A stretch of 64,000 nucleotides of DNA, taken from assembly GCA_963726255.1 (NCBI GenBank), contig CAVSBL010000002.1, forward strand, positions 480,001-544,000. The letters run 5' to 3'. A program made the position numbers and the translations under genes. Within the stretch, counting starts at the first letter, position 1. The number at the start of each line of letters is the position of its first letter. Below the pieces are notes generated by a model, which made no database searches, had not been told where the DNA came from, and saw nothing but the letters and a program-made list of their open reading frames with translations. Of the stretch, positions 1-9,608 are shown in pieces. Source of the DNA: Candidatus Bathyarchaeota archaeon. GTDB taxonomy: Archaea; Thermoproteota; Bathyarchaeia; 40CM-2-53-6.

Positions 1-515
1 AATTCCAACCTTGGGAAGTAGAGACCCATTAGTGTCAGCCTACGGTTGGAATGTAGAATTGGGGTTTGTTTGTCCACAGGGGTCAGATTGCATAGGATTC
101 ACGAAGTACGTCACTCAAGAATTTGAAAAGGCATATGCGGCGAAGCAAGTTGGTGATGTTCGGTTTTTTAACCCAACTGAGAAAAGCCTTCAGATCTCAT
201 GTCTTTGGATCGATCAGTAGGGATTTCATTAAGGGATGCGGCTGGCGTTTTGGATAATTTGATCTTCTCGATCCTTTTCTATCGCAAAGAGGGCAACCCG
301 CAACCTTGCTCTTCAGCTCGTAACGGTACCTTTTCGTTGAATAACTCAAATTATGAATCGAGCAATATCGATAGGTTCTTTCCACCCAGTAGACCGCATC
401 CTTGAAAATCCGTTTAACCTCCCCGTTCCCTTCCACTCGTGCTGCCTCTGACTTTCTCAAATTAATCACCTTGACCACTCGCTAAGAAACGCTCCAGGGC
501 TGTGCAGTACGTGGC

Positions 516-620
516 TCATTTGTGATGTTTGCGCTTTGCGTTTTCGTGTTTGAGCTTGTGCGTAGTTAGATCGTGGAAGTGAACGGTTCTTTTGCATACT
601 GGACAAGTTATTTTGGACAT
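516..620 (-). CDS. small C2H2-type zinc-finger protein (34 aa)
   Basis: Manual translation MSKITCPVCKRTVHFHDLTTHKLKHENAKRKHHK, with a CxxC...HxxxH pattern. It is below the ORF-track cutoff. Confidence 0.5.
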   Translation of the reverse strand: MSKITCPVCKRTVHFHDLTTHKLKHENAKRKHHK

Positions 621-693
621 ATCTTGTCAAAGGATGACTAAGTATTTACGGACTTCATTTTGGATGATTGTTAGCCATCTGTCTTTCTTTGCC

Positions 694-800
694 TCAAATC
701 TGAATCACTGCGGCTTCTGCTGGCGTTTGTCCTTCTAGTGCCATGTGCGGTCTTACGTAATCAAGCGTGAAGTAAATTCTACCTTCTTGAATGAAGTAAT
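694..800 (-). mobile_element. IS6-family (DDE) transposase C-terminal remnant
   Basis: YVRPHMALEGQTPAEAA matches the typical archaeal IS6-type transposase C-terminus (YN..RPH..L.G.TPAE.AG). The upstream part is degenerate. Confidence 0.6.
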
Positions 801-1062
801 CGTTCACAGCCGAGTGCAACGGACGATTTCTCCGAAGATCAGCTCTGAAATCATAGATGCCCCAGATTTTCTCCATCACAGCCACAATGAGACGATGTTC
901 TGATTGGAATTCAAGGTGTATGTTCCTTTTGTTTCTCTCCGCAGCTACATGATGCAACGGAGCGTTGTAACCATTGTGAGTCTTGAGGGCGTAAGGATGG
1001 ACATGGTCATGACAATGATACGTTAAGTAGCTCGGTCCATAACGGTGGCGCGTGAACACCTC

Positions 1063-1236
1063 ATGGCGAACAAAGCAGACCCACAAAGTAACTGCGGAGA
1101 ATGTGGTAAAGACTTAGTCGATAGGCCCGTCCATAACTGGGGCACATGTGAAGCATGCGGAGTTATGTTCTGTAAGAACTGCCTTCAAGTATTCCACAAC
1201 TTGAATTGTGAGAGTATACGAATAACGCCACACTAA
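1063..1236 (+). CDS. small Cys-rich zinc-finger protein
   Basis: CGEC...CEAC...FCKNC...H...C, an AN1/B-box-like ligand pattern. Confidence 0.5.
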   Translation: MANKADPQSNCGECGKDLVDRPVHNWGTCEACGVMFCKNCLQVFHNLNCESIRITPH

Positions 1237-1353
1237 CCGTGCTGGTACATCGCCGTCGGAGCACTCACATGCATGTCAAACTTATCCTAGGAAGACTTAG
1301 CTTTGATGTGATCACACCGCCGTCATTCAACGTTCTTAATGGTAAGCAAATGA

Positions 1354-1701
1354 ATGAACACTGTTCTTCCGTATGGTTACGAGGTCACTGTGCCATATGT
1401 AAGGAAGAGGCTCTCGATGAGTTCAACGAAGTCTAAGGTCATGGAACGATTCCGATCTTCTCCTGATCTTCTGGTGATTGATGAGGAAAAGGAAGAGCTA
1501 AGCTTAGTTGAGGTGAAGTGGAGAAACTGGAGTCAGCCATACATTGATGCCCAATATCTGGCGCTATCACGATACAAGGAGGCAATGCAATCGTATGGGT
1601 CTTCTCGATCTGGTGATGCTACGCTAACGAGACGTGCCGCTAGTGTCACAGGGGAAAGTCAACCCCTTTATAGCAAGCTGAGGATGCGGAATCGGTGGTG
1701 A
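1354..1701 (+). pseudogene. PD-(D/E)xK nuclease fragment
   Basis: PDLLVID...LVEVK motif. The C-terminal part looks out of frame or degenerate. Confidence 0.5.
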
Positions 1702-1703
1702 AC

Positions 1704-1808
1704 TTGGTTAATTGTGCGAAGTGTGGAAAGGCGATCGAAGCTGGCAAGGAAGTAAAGAAAGGCTGGATAAGTAAGAAGCAGTATCACGCTGAATGCGCCC
1801 CAAAGTAG
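1704..1808 (+). CDS. small CxxC...HxxC zinc-finger protein (34 aa) upstream of cdc48
   Basis: A GGTGGTGA SD-like site precedes a TTG start. Translation is MVNCAKCGKAIEAGKEVKKGWISKKQYHAECAPK, and it stops 4 nt before the cdc48 ATG. Confidence 0.6.
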   Translation: MVNCAKCGKAIEAGKEVKKGWISKKQYHAECAPK

Positions 1809-1812
1809 CCCA

Positions 1813-3993
1813 ATGAGTAGTATAGAAATCTCTTTGAAAGTTGCTGACGCCAGGCAGCGAGATGTTGGGCGCGGCAAAGTCTGCGTTGACAACGACACGA
1901 TGCAGAAGCTCGGAATCACTGCGGGACATTTTGTTGAAATTCATGGGAAAAAGATGACTGTAGCTGCTGCATGGCCCGCGTACGCTGAAGATCAGGGACA
2001 AGAAATTGTAAGGATGGACGGCCTTATTCGAAGGAATGCTGGTGTTGCTCTAAACGAGTACGTCAATGTTAGAAAGGCAGACGTGAAAGAGGCTCAAGCG
2101 ATCGTGTTCGCGCCAACAGACGTACGTCTGAGTGTGGACGAGGAGTTTGTGAGTTTCGTGAAAAGACGTTTGATGGACATGCCGTTTATTGAAGGAGACA
2201 TGACCCTTCTTTCGATCTTCGGAAGCGCGGTTCCATTGATAGTTGCGAGAACACGTCCGCGTGGCCCAGTGAAGATTACGGAGACAGCCCAAGTCCAAGT
2301 ATTAAGCGAGCCGACGCCCGAGAAGAAAGGGATCCCGATAGTAACATACGAAGACATAGGCGGTCTACACGAAGAGATGCAAAGAATTCGTGAGATGGTA
2401 GAACTGCCTCTCAGACATCCGGAACTCTTCCAGCGACTTGGTATCGAGCCACCTAGAGGAGTATTCCTGTATGGACCTCCAGGTTGCGGGAAGACACTTC
2501 TCGCAAAAGCTCTGGCTAACGAGTCTGACGCAAACTTCTACGTGATCTCCGGACCGGAGATAATGTCAAAGTTCTATGGGGAATCAGAAGCGAGATTACG
2601 GGAGATATTCCAAAAAGCACAGGAGACATCGCCCAGCATAATCTTCATTGACGAAATGGATGCGATCGCACCAAAACGTGAAGAAGTAACGGGCGAAGTA
2701 GAACGTCGAGTCGTCGCACAACTCCTGTCTTTGATGGATGGAATGGGAGCTCGCGGCAACATAATAGTAATCGGTGCAACCAACCGGCCGAACGCAATCG
2801 ACCCAGCACTACGTCGACCCGGGAGATTCGACCGCGAAATCGAGATTGGAGTTCCAGACAAAGCGGGAAGATATGAAGCACTCCAGATTCATACGAGGAA
2901 TATGCCCCTGAGTGAAGACGTGGATCTGAAGCGACTTGCAGACGTGACACATGGATACACTGGAGCCGACATTGCCTCGCTATGTCGAGAAGCAGCAATG
3001 AAGGCGCTCCGACGGTACATACCAGAAACCAACCTGGAGAAGGAACGCATTGCGCCCGAAATCCTCGAAAAAATGGTTGTCAAGATGGAAGACTTCACGT
3101 CAGCATACCGAGAAATCACACCTACAGCAATGCGCGAAGTCTATGTCGAAATCCCACAAGTGAAATGGGATCAGGTCGGTGGTTTGAAGCAAGTCAAACA
3201 GGAACTCATGGAATCTGTTGAATGGCCGCTTAAGAAGCCTGAAGTATTCAAGAGAATGGGAATCAATCCGCCGCGTGGAATCCTGCTCTACGGACCACCT
3301 GGTTCCGGTAAGACGCTGCTAGCACGAGCGGTAGCAACAGAAAGCGAGGCCAATTTCATTTCAATAAAAGGCCCAGAAATATTCTCCAAGTGGGTTGGAG
3401 AGTCAGAGAAGGCTATCCGCGAAGTCTTTCGAAAAGGAAGAACCGCAGCTCCTGCAATAATATTCTTCGATGAATTGGATGCCATAGTGCCGAGACGCGG
3501 GTTGGGATACGCTGATTCTGGAGCCAGCGAACGAGTGGTAAGTCAGCTCCTGACTGAAATCGACGGCATAGAAACATTGCAGAACGTTCTCGTAATCGCA
3601 GCCACCAATCGGCCGGACATGCTAGATCCAGCAGTGATGAGACCAGGAAGATTCGATAGACTAATCTACGTTCCCTCCCCAGACTTCGACTCACTCAAAG
3701 AGATCTTCAAAATTCACGCAAGCTCAATGCCCCTCTCTAAAGACGTGTCATTGGACGAACTCGCAAGGAAATCACGAGGCTATTCAGGCGCAGACATCGA
3801 AGCAATCTGCAGAGAAACGGCCATGAACGCTTTACGAGAAGACATAGATGCCACAGAAGTCTCAAGCCGAGATTTCGATGAAGCAATGGAACGAGTTGGT
3901 CCTAGCATAGCCCCCGAAGACGACGCATGGTACCAGAAATTCTCTAAGAGACTCAGAAGAGAAAGAGCCGCAGCACGTACGCCGGTAGCCTAG
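1813..3993 (+). CDS. cdc48: CDC48/VAT family AAA+ ATPase
   Basis: N-domain plus two AAA modules ([16 protein letters not shown]), Walker B IIFIDE/IIFFDE and SRH motifs. 726 aa. Confidence 0.97.
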   Translation: MSSIEISLKVADARQRDVGRGKVCVDNDTMQKLGITAGHFVEIHGKKMTVAAAWPAYAEDQGQEIVRMDGLIRRNAGVALNEYVNVRKADVKEAQAIVFAPTDVRLSVDEEFVSFVKRRLMDMPFIEGDMTLLSIFGSAVPLIVARTRPRGPVKITETAQVQVLSEPTPEKKGIPIVTYEDIGGLHEEMQRIREMVELPLRHPELFQRLGIEPPRGVFLYGPPGCGKTLLAKALANESDANFYVISGPEIMSKFYGESEARLREIFQKAQETSPSIIFIDEMDAIAPKREEVTGEVERRVVAQLLSLMDGMGARGNIIVIGATNRPNAIDPALRRPGRFDREIEIGVPDKAGRYEALQIHTRNMPLSEDVDLKRLADVTHGYTGADIASLCREAAMKALRRYIPETNLEKERIAPEILEKMVVKMEDFTSAYREITPTAMREVYVEIPQVKWDQVGGLKQVKQELMESVEWPLKKPEVFKRMGINPPRGILLYGPPGSGKTLLARAVATESEANFISIKGPEIFSKWVGESEKAIREVFRKGRTAAPAIIFFDELDAIVPRRGLGYADSGASERVVSQLLTEIDGIETLQNVLVIAATNRPDMLDPAVMRPGRFDRLIYVPSPDFDSLKEIFKIHASSMPLSKDVSLDELARKSRGYSGADIEAICRETAMNALREDIDATEVSSRDFDEAMERVGPSIAPEDDAWYQKFSKRLRRERAAARTPVA

Positions 3994-4000
3994 GCCAAAT

Positions 4001-4018
4001 GACCGCTTCGTGGCGGTC
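4001..4018 (+). terminator. short hairpin after the cdc48 stop codon
   Basis: GACCGC-TTCGTG-GCGGTC, a 6-bp inverted repeat just after the stop. There is no U-tract, so its function is uncertain. Confidence 0.3.
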
Positions 4019-4497
4019 GGAAGTGTTAAACATGCAATGGCGACATTAGATCTACGCGTGATTTCTGTGCCGAAGAAGAAGAAACCAAAGAAGAAAAAGT
4101 AACCAAAGAACTAAGGATTTCCTTTGCGGCGACGAGCGGGTCGAGTAGGTAAGTTCCGCGAAGCTCTTCCACTGAAACCCTACTGCCCCTAGGAACCTAC
4201 CTATGTTTATTATGTGATGAGTGCCGCATTCGCGGGTGCGGCGCCCTTCGGTCTTACCTCAAGTATTTCATGCGGAGTCATCAACTTCGTCCGAAAATTG
4301 GATGTGGAGACGAAGAGACGACTCAGATCAGGGAACGCTGAACGTCGAGGCATCTGACGTCCTTTCGCCGGTGTTCCGTGACCGACTCTGTATGGCGAAC
4401 ATTTGGTCTTGGCTTGGGTCGAAAGCAGTTGCCCCCGATGGTGAGGCACGTTAAAATGGAGAGTCGGGCTGTCACCTTGTAGGATAGGCAGTGTGGA

Positions 4498-4800
4498 TTG
4501 GGAAAGAGAAAGGTCCTTTCAGAAGGGGACATTAATCAACTCGTTCTTCCAGGAACGGGCCAGCTACTTGGGATTGTAACCCAAATGTTCGGGTACGATC
4601 GGATAATGGTGAAGTGTTCAGACGGAGCCGACCGAGTCTGTCGGATACGAGGCAAGATGAAGAGGCGGACCTGGATCAAGAATGGCGACGTGGTCTTGGT
4701 TGCCCCCTGGGATTTCCAAACCAGTCGCGCGGACGTACTCTGGCGTTACACACAGAACCAAGCGCAGGCACTTCACAGCAAGGGCATCCTAACGATGTAA
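4498..4800 (+). CDS. eif1a: translation initiation factor aIF-1A
   Basis: CRIRGKMKRRTWIKNGDVVLVAPWDFQ...WRY signature. Confidence 0.95.
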   Translation: MGKRKVLSEGDINQLVLPGTGQLLGIVTQMFGYDRIMVKCSDGADRVCRIRGKMKRRTWIKNGDVVLVAPWDFQTSRADVLWRYTQNQAQALHSKGILTM

Positions 4801-4870
4801 TCCCATAGTGCAGGCCTGCATTGCGAAACGAGATGCAATTGAGCGTCTTTCACGTAATCCAGATGATTAA

Positions 4871-5179
4871 TTGTTGCAGGGACACAGGTGCAAGCGATCG
4901 GGGGACTGCTGTGTCATTCATTGGGGATCCTTTGAGGCAACCCACGAGGACATAGTGCGTTGGAAAAGGCAGGGACGAGAAGACATCTTGAAGCACATAG
5001 CGCTTGATTCGACTGACCCTCACAATCGACACGCAGTTTTCGTTACGAAGAGTTGCCCCTTTCTGAAAAGAGAGGAAACAGGCCTATACTCGTGCGCGAT
5101 CCATGAGACAAAACCGTTCTACTGCAGGATCTACCCAGACGACGGCATGTGTGAACACGAGGAAAGCGTAGAAGACTAA
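4871..5179 (+). CDS. YkgJ-family cysteine-cluster protein
   Basis: CKRSGDCC...CPFL...CAIHETKPFYCRIYP pattern. Confidence 0.8.
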   Translation: MLQGHRCKRSGDCCVIHWGSFEATHEDIVRWKRQGREDILKHIALDSTDPHNRHAVFVTKSCPFLKREETGLYSCAIHETKPFYCRIYPDDGMCEHEESVED

Positions 5180-5630
5180 GCCCTGACAACGGGTCCGAAT
5201 TGCGAAACCACATGCCCTCGCCGCTGGAATGCCCACTCGAGGGCGTGCGGAGCATCCCTGCAATGTCTTGACGGCTGGGCGATGCTAAATACATCATGTG
5301 GTCGAAATCACCTAAACCTATGGCGCGGCCGAAAACATGGCTGGACACGCCCAAAGTATGGGCGGGAACCTGCGGCCCACCACCATTCTTGAGTGAGTCT
5401 TCATCGAAGTCGTAGACACAGAGACTCTGGAACCACTGATGGAAAGGCACTATTTGAAGCGGTTCAGAAAACGCTGACTTACCCAGAAAAAGAGATTCAC
5501 GAACTAATACAAAGCGGGATTCTCCGTAGAGACGGCGATGGCCTGAGCTTCACCTCGACTCCCCTAATTGAGGGAGGGGAATCGATAAGGTATTAGTGTA
5601 TGATTGAATTACTGATGGCGTTGTTTGACC

Positions 5631-5744
5631 ATGATGTCTAGGTTCGAAAAGGAAGGACACCGATTTGTGTGCGATAAGTGTGGTTTCGAAACGAACAGTT
5701 CAGAGATCTTCCCTTTACACAAGAAGAATTGTCCCAGAATTTAG
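5631..5744 (+). CDS. small zinc-finger protein (37 aa)
   Basis: Manual translation MMSRFEKEGHRFVCDKCGFETNSSEIFPLHKKNCPRI, with FxCxxC...HxxxC. Confidence 0.5.
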   Translation: MMSRFEKEGHRFVCDKCGFETNSSEIFPLHKKNCPRI

Positions 5745-5937
5745 TTTCCTCTGCCCGCACCATATGACGCACGCACACGAAAACGTTTGACAAGAAACTG
5801 AGATTTCCCGTCATTACCGGTGCTAGAATGTTCGCCTAGTATCTTCGGCGCTTCTGGTAGCACTCTCTACAGTAGACCGGTTTACCCGACGTTGGCACAA
5901 ACGGTACTTGCGTATTTGCGCCGCGCGGCGGTAATGG

Positions 5938-6045
5938 TAACACGGTAGCAGATCTAGGATCAGGTCCTGGCTACTTCACAGCAGCGATGGCCGAAATCGT
6001 CGGACCCAAAGGAAAGGTCTATGCTGCCGACTCAGACGATAGGTC
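5938..6045 (+). pseudogene. class I SAM-dependent methyltransferase fragment
   Basis: NTVADLGSGPGYFTAAMAEIVGPKGKVYAAD covers motif I to strand 2. There are in-frame stops upstream, and the ORF is cut by a tRNA-like fragment. Confidence 0.65.
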
Positions 6046-6052
6046 CCACCAT

Positions 6053-6082
6053 GTCGTGGGTTCAAATCCCACTGGCCCACCA
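6053..6082 (+). other. tRNA 3'-end fragment (T-arm plus acceptor strand), att-like
   Basis: GTCGTGGG-TTCAAAT-CCCAC-TGGCCC-A-CCA. The T-stem/loop is perfect, the acceptor strand is one nt short, and no 5' half lies upstream. Confidence 0.6.
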
Positions 6083-6106
6083 TCAACGAACCGCTGTCTC
6101 AATAAG

Positions 6107-6484
6107 CTAAGTTTGCAATTCAGCAACTTTGCGCTCGATTTCGTCTCTGATCTGTCTCACTTTCTCAATGGGTTTGCCTTTTGGATCTTCTAGGTTCCAG
6201 TCCACGAGTTTCTTCTGCATCTTGGCGATGATGGGCGCTGGGCATACTTCTTCGACTGAGCATCCCATTGTTACAACTAAGTCAGCTTCATTCACCATTT
6301 GCATGGAAAGGGTCTTTGTGCGGTTCGCTGAAATGTCGATTCCCCTGTCCTTCATAACGGCCGCAACAACGGGATTGATTGCAGTTGCGGGAAGAGTTCC
6401 TGCGCTCATGGCGGACATACCATGGCTTGCTGCAAAGGCTTCGGCCATCTGGCTTCGCCCAGCGTTCTCAACGCAAACGAACAA
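6107..6484 (-). CDS. arsC: LMW-PTP family arsenate reductase
   Basis: FVCVENAGRSQMAEA P-loop, TMGC...CP and W.LEDP motifs. The true start may lie a few codons upstream. Confidence 0.9.
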   Translation of the reverse strand: MFVCVENAGRSQMAEAFAASHGMSAMSAGTLPATAINPVVAAVMKDRGIDISANRTKTLSMQMVNEADLVVTMGCSVEEVCPAPIIAKMQKKLVDWNLEDPKGKPIEKVRQIRDEIERKVAELQT

Positions 6485-6510
6485 TGTTTTCTTGTTTTTG
6501 ATGTCGGGTT

Positions 6511-7098
6511 TTATGTTTCCCTCGCCTCTGTGCTGCTTCCTTGCTCTGAGGTCTTCTCGTATCTGTGGGCGATGATCTCTGCCATTATGCTGAGGGCTAT
6601 TTCGGCAGGTGTTCGGGCCCCTATGTCCAGACCTATGGGCGCGTTGACTCTTGCTAGCAGCTCGTTTGATACGCCCTGTTGCTTCAGGTGAGAGAAGGTC
6701 GCCGCGACCTTATCTTTGCTTCCAATCATGCCAATGTATCCGGGAAGCTTGTTCTTGGAAAGGCATTCCTTCAAGACACCTTCGTCATGTTGATGCCCAC
6801 GTGTGATGATGACAACGCAGTCATCTGGAAGAAAGTCTGTAGTCTTAATTACTTCCGCGAAATCTCCCAACTTCACTGCATCAGCTAGCGGAAAGCGCTT
6901 CGTATTGGCGAATTCTTCTCGGTCGTCAACAACAACCACAGCAAACTCAAGGGCTTTAGCGAACTCGACTAGAGGAACGGCAATGTGGCCTCCGCCGAAG
7001 ACGTACACCGTGGAGGTGCAAACAATGGGTTCCACGAAGACCTTCAGCTTGCCACCGCAAAGTACTCCAAGGCACTTTGACCCACCCACTTCAGTCAT
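6511..7098 (-). CDS. XdhC/CoxF-family protein lacking most of the N-terminal domain
   Basis: LCGG motif, GGGH Rossmann fold, TRGH..D, YIGMIGS and APIGLDIGARTPAEIALSI. Confidence 0.85.
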   Translation of the reverse strand: MTEVGGSKCLGVLCGGKLKVFVEPIVCTSTVYVFGGGHIAVPLVEFAKALEFAVVVVDDREEFANTKRFPLADAVKLGDFAEVIKTTDFLPDDCVVIITRGHQHDEGVLKECLSKNKLPGYIGMIGSKDKVAATFSHLKQQGVSNELLARVNAPIGLDIGARTPAEIALSIMAEIIAHRYEKTSEQGSSTEARET

Positions 7099-7520
7099 GG
7101 TTCACTCTCAATGGTTGGTTCGATTAGGACTGGTGGCTTTATCGAGTTTGCAATCAAGCTGTACTTTCGAGCCCATTCCAGCGCCTTTCCCACTCGTCCC
7201 ACAGATTCTGCCTTCACCTTGATCTTGGGTCTGAGAATGGTCTGAGTGAACGTGGAAGTCCGATCTAGCAAGTCGACCACGTGACCTTCGGCTTCGCATT
7301 CGTACGAAACTAGGTGAATTCTCAAGCGTTCAGTAGCCCAGATGAACATCATGTGAAAGCACGTGTTCAAAGCGGAAACGTAGGCGTCTTCTGGGGTCAT
7401 GACACCAGGACGACCTTGAAGCGCTGGGGGTGCAGAGAACATCATCTTGGCGCCATTTCCGCAGGCCAGTTCGCCGTCATGGCCCCCGGCCCAGACAACC
7501 TTGGTCCTGTATACTGGCAA
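7095..7520 (-). CDS. OsmC-family protein
   Basis: TPEDAYVSALNTC motif. The second conserved Cys position reads YSLIANS. Confidence 0.8.
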   Translation of the reverse strand: MPVYRTKVVWAGGHDGELACGNGAKMMFSAPPALQGRPGVMTPEDAYVSALNTCFHMMFIWATERLRIHLVSYECEAEGHVVDLLDRTSTFTQTILRPKIKVKAESVGRVGKALEWARKYSLIANSIKPPVLIEPTIESEP

Positions 7521-7524
7521 TCGC

Positions 7525-7944
7525 TTACACCCAGTGCCTCAGAACCTCATCGACTTCTTCCGCAATCCTGTCAGCAACTTTTCTGGTGGCTGTCATGGTT
7601 TCGTTGTCCAGCTTGCGTCGAGCGCTGAGTTTGGGGCATTGCCAATTCTTCGTCAAGTCAGTTACCACAATTGATGAGGCTGGTTTGCCACTATATTGTT
7701 CTGTGGCAATCTTTGCACACATCTTGTCGCATCCATCAACCGTAATGGTCGGATAGTCTCGTGCGAACTCTCGCTCTTCTCTCCCGCCGGCGAGAAATAA
7801 GGGAAGACAGATTGTTACGGTTTCATTCGGTCTAAGCTTTCCTAAGACCAGACGGGTGGCTACTCGTGAAATCGTCCCTTCAACGCATTCTTCGCCACTG
7901 CACGAGATGATACCAACCTTCTTCTCCGGTCTTTCCGTCATCAT
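7525..7944 (-). CDS. DGC-domain putative zinc-binding protein
   Basis: ISCSG...CL...VDGCDKMCA. Confidence 0.85.
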   Translation of the reverse strand: MMTERPEKKVGIISCSGEECVEGTISRVATRLVLGKLRPNETVTICLPLFLAGGREEREFARDYPTITVDGCDKMCAKIATEQYSGKPASSIVVTDLTKNWQCPKLSARRKLDNETMTATRKVADRIAEEVDEVLRHWV

Positions 7945-8360
7945 TGCTCCCCCAGCAGCTCATCCACTTTGTTGGCTATTTTTTCAGCAAGCTTCAAAGC
8001 CATTTGCTGGCCGTCGTTATCGAGGAGGGTCACGGTTCTCGGCTTCAGGTGCCTATTCTCCTTGTAGGCATCGACTACTCGGAGGCTCCCGGCGAGGTTG
8101 CCGCCTGCGAGTTTGACGTTCTTCTCAGCGCACTGGAGTGGGCATCCGTCAATCGTTATGCATCTATTGTCGCGCACAAGCCGCAAAGATTCCTGATCCC
8201 CGCTCACAAGTAAGGCAAGACAGAGGGTCTGCGTGACGTCCTTGCGGAGGTTCTCAACGACCTCGTAGGTTGCATCTCTACTGATGCTACCAAACGCCTT
8301 GCCGATTCCACTGCAAGAGATAACGATGATCTTCTTGTGCTGTGGGCCAGTGGATTTCAT
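7941..8360 (-). CDS. DGC-domain putative zinc-binding protein
   Basis: ISCSG...CL...IDGCPLQCA. Confidence 0.85.
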   Translation of the reverse strand: MKSTGPQHKKIIVISCSGIGKAFGSISRDATYEVVENLRKDVTQTLCLALLVSGDQESLRLVRDNRCITIDGCPLQCAEKNVKLAGGNLAGSLRVVDAYKENRHLKPRTVTLLDNDGQQMALKLAEKIANKVDELLGEQ

Positions 8361-8815
8361 CGTGACTCCAGCTTCTCGTGTTCCGTTTGGAGTTTCTGCA
8401 GCATCAACTTGTAGTAGTCATCGGCATTCAACAATGTCCTCTGATCATCGTTGAGGTTACTGGGTGAAATGGTAGCCAGCCAACCTTTCCCGTACGGGTC
8501 CGAATTAATCAGCTCAGGCTTAGCGGTGAGCTCATCATTCGTCTTATCGACTCTTCCCGACAAGGGGGAGAGCAAAGCAATAGTCGCCTTTGCGCTTTCC
8601 ACAGTTCCGAGTTCCTTGCCCTTCTCAACCCTTGACCCTGCCTTCGCGACTTCGATGAATGCCACGTCACCCGACGTCTTCTGGAGGTAATCACTGACTC
8701 CCACCTTGGCTTGCCCATTCTCGATGCTAACCCACAGGTCGTCGTTTGTATAGTAGAACCCTCTCCGCACTCGCAGCTCGAACTTGTCGTACGTGGTTCG
8801 GAGATATTCGCTCAA
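8357..8815 (-). CDS. gcvH: glycine cleavage H-like lipoyl-carrier protein
   Basis: VGVSDY, VESAKA (lipoyl Lys retained) and INSDPYGKGWL. Confidence 0.88.
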   Translation of the reverse strand: MSEYLRTTYDKFELRVRRGFYYTNDDLWVSIENGQAKVGVSDYLQKTSGDVAFIEVAKAGSRVEKGKELGTVESAKATIALLSPLSGRVDKTNDELTAKPELINSDPYGKGWLATISPSNLNDDQRTLLNADDYYKLMLQKLQTEHEKLESR

Positions 8816-9021
8816 CTCGAACCGCCTCTCGAAGATGACGCGGCTCTGAAGGGTTCACAGTCCATGCAATAATCCGTGTCTTTGTTTGTCCAGTAGACAT
8901 TCCCGCATCTGGGGCAAGTTGTCTTTCTGAGCCAATCTCTCTTTGGTGGGGGCGCTCTCATGATGTCGGAATACCTGGCACCACAGGCGCATCCTTTGGC
9001 AGTCTCATCGACCCGATCCAT
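8812..9021 (-). CDS. small Cys-rich zinc-ribbon protein
   Basis: CAC...CPRC...CMDC. It overlaps the gcvH start, consistent with an operon. Confidence 0.65.
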   Translation of the reverse strand: MDRVDETAKGCACGARYSDIMRAPPPKRDWLRKTTCPRCGNVYWTNKDTDYCMDCEPFRAASSSRGGSS

Positions 9022-9070
9022 TTCTATTCCGACCTTCGGGGTAGCTCAGCCACCGGTATCAGCCAGTCAA

Positions 9071-9451
9071 TTACCATCGTTGCTTAGAATCCTCCTGCAA
9101 AACACGATGCCTTGTAATCAGATCTTGATTGACCGTAAATGAGGTGTACTTGCCCTTTTCTTTCCTTGTGATTACGCAGGCGTCTTCTAACATGCTGACG
9201 TGGTGGACGACAGTTGAAGCTGGAACCTGCAACGCTTGGACTATGTCGCAGAGGCATAGCTCTTCAACTTCCAGTAGGCCGAGAATCATTAGTCGAACCT
9301 CGTGGCCGATCGCCTGAAAGAACCGCGCCCGTCGGACAAGCGCCTCTGAGTCATCCAGAATAGGATGATTGGTACGTGATCTCTTCACTATGCTGCGTAG
9401 TTCCTGAGGTTTCCGCTTCGAGAGGGCGAATTGAGGCACTAACCTAGACAA
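9071..9451 (-). CDS. ArsR/SmtB family transcriptional regulator
   Basis: FQAIGHEVRLMIL...ELCLCDI...STVVHHVSML wHTH. Confidence 0.88.
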   Translation of the reverse strand: MSRLVPQFALSKRKPQELRSIVKRSRTNHPILDDSEALVRRARFFQAIGHEVRLMILGLLEVEELCLCDIVQALQVPASTVVHHVSMLEDACVITRKEKGKYTSFTVNQDLITRHRVLQEDSKQRW

Positions 9452-9480
9452 GTCGTATCGTAGCTATGCGCGTGGCGAGG

Positions 9481-9505
9481 TATTTATAAAACTAGTTTTC
9501 TAGTT
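9481..9505. promoter_or_regulatory. divergent TATA box with overlapping palindromes (candidate ArsR operator)
   Basis: TATTTATAAA followed by the palindrome AAAACTAGTTTT (9488-9499) and AACTAG-N4-CTAGTT (9490-9505), lying between arsR and fmdE. Confidence 0.45.
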
Positions 9506-9608
9506 GTATTCTCGAAAGACAGGGTAAACCATATACTCATTCCGAGATTGTCCAAAGTCTTGGTTGAAGTAAACATGAGTTTGATGCAATTATCAGGAGG
9601 AGAATAGG

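Noticed and set aside
1-478. Short ORFs at the window start
   Set aside because: Stop-riddled, with no recognisable motif. Probably a decayed gene that cannot be assigned.
9037-9056. CGGGGTAGCTCAGCC resembling a tRNA 5' end
   Set aside because: No D-stem closure, anticodon arm or T-arm follows. Likely chance.
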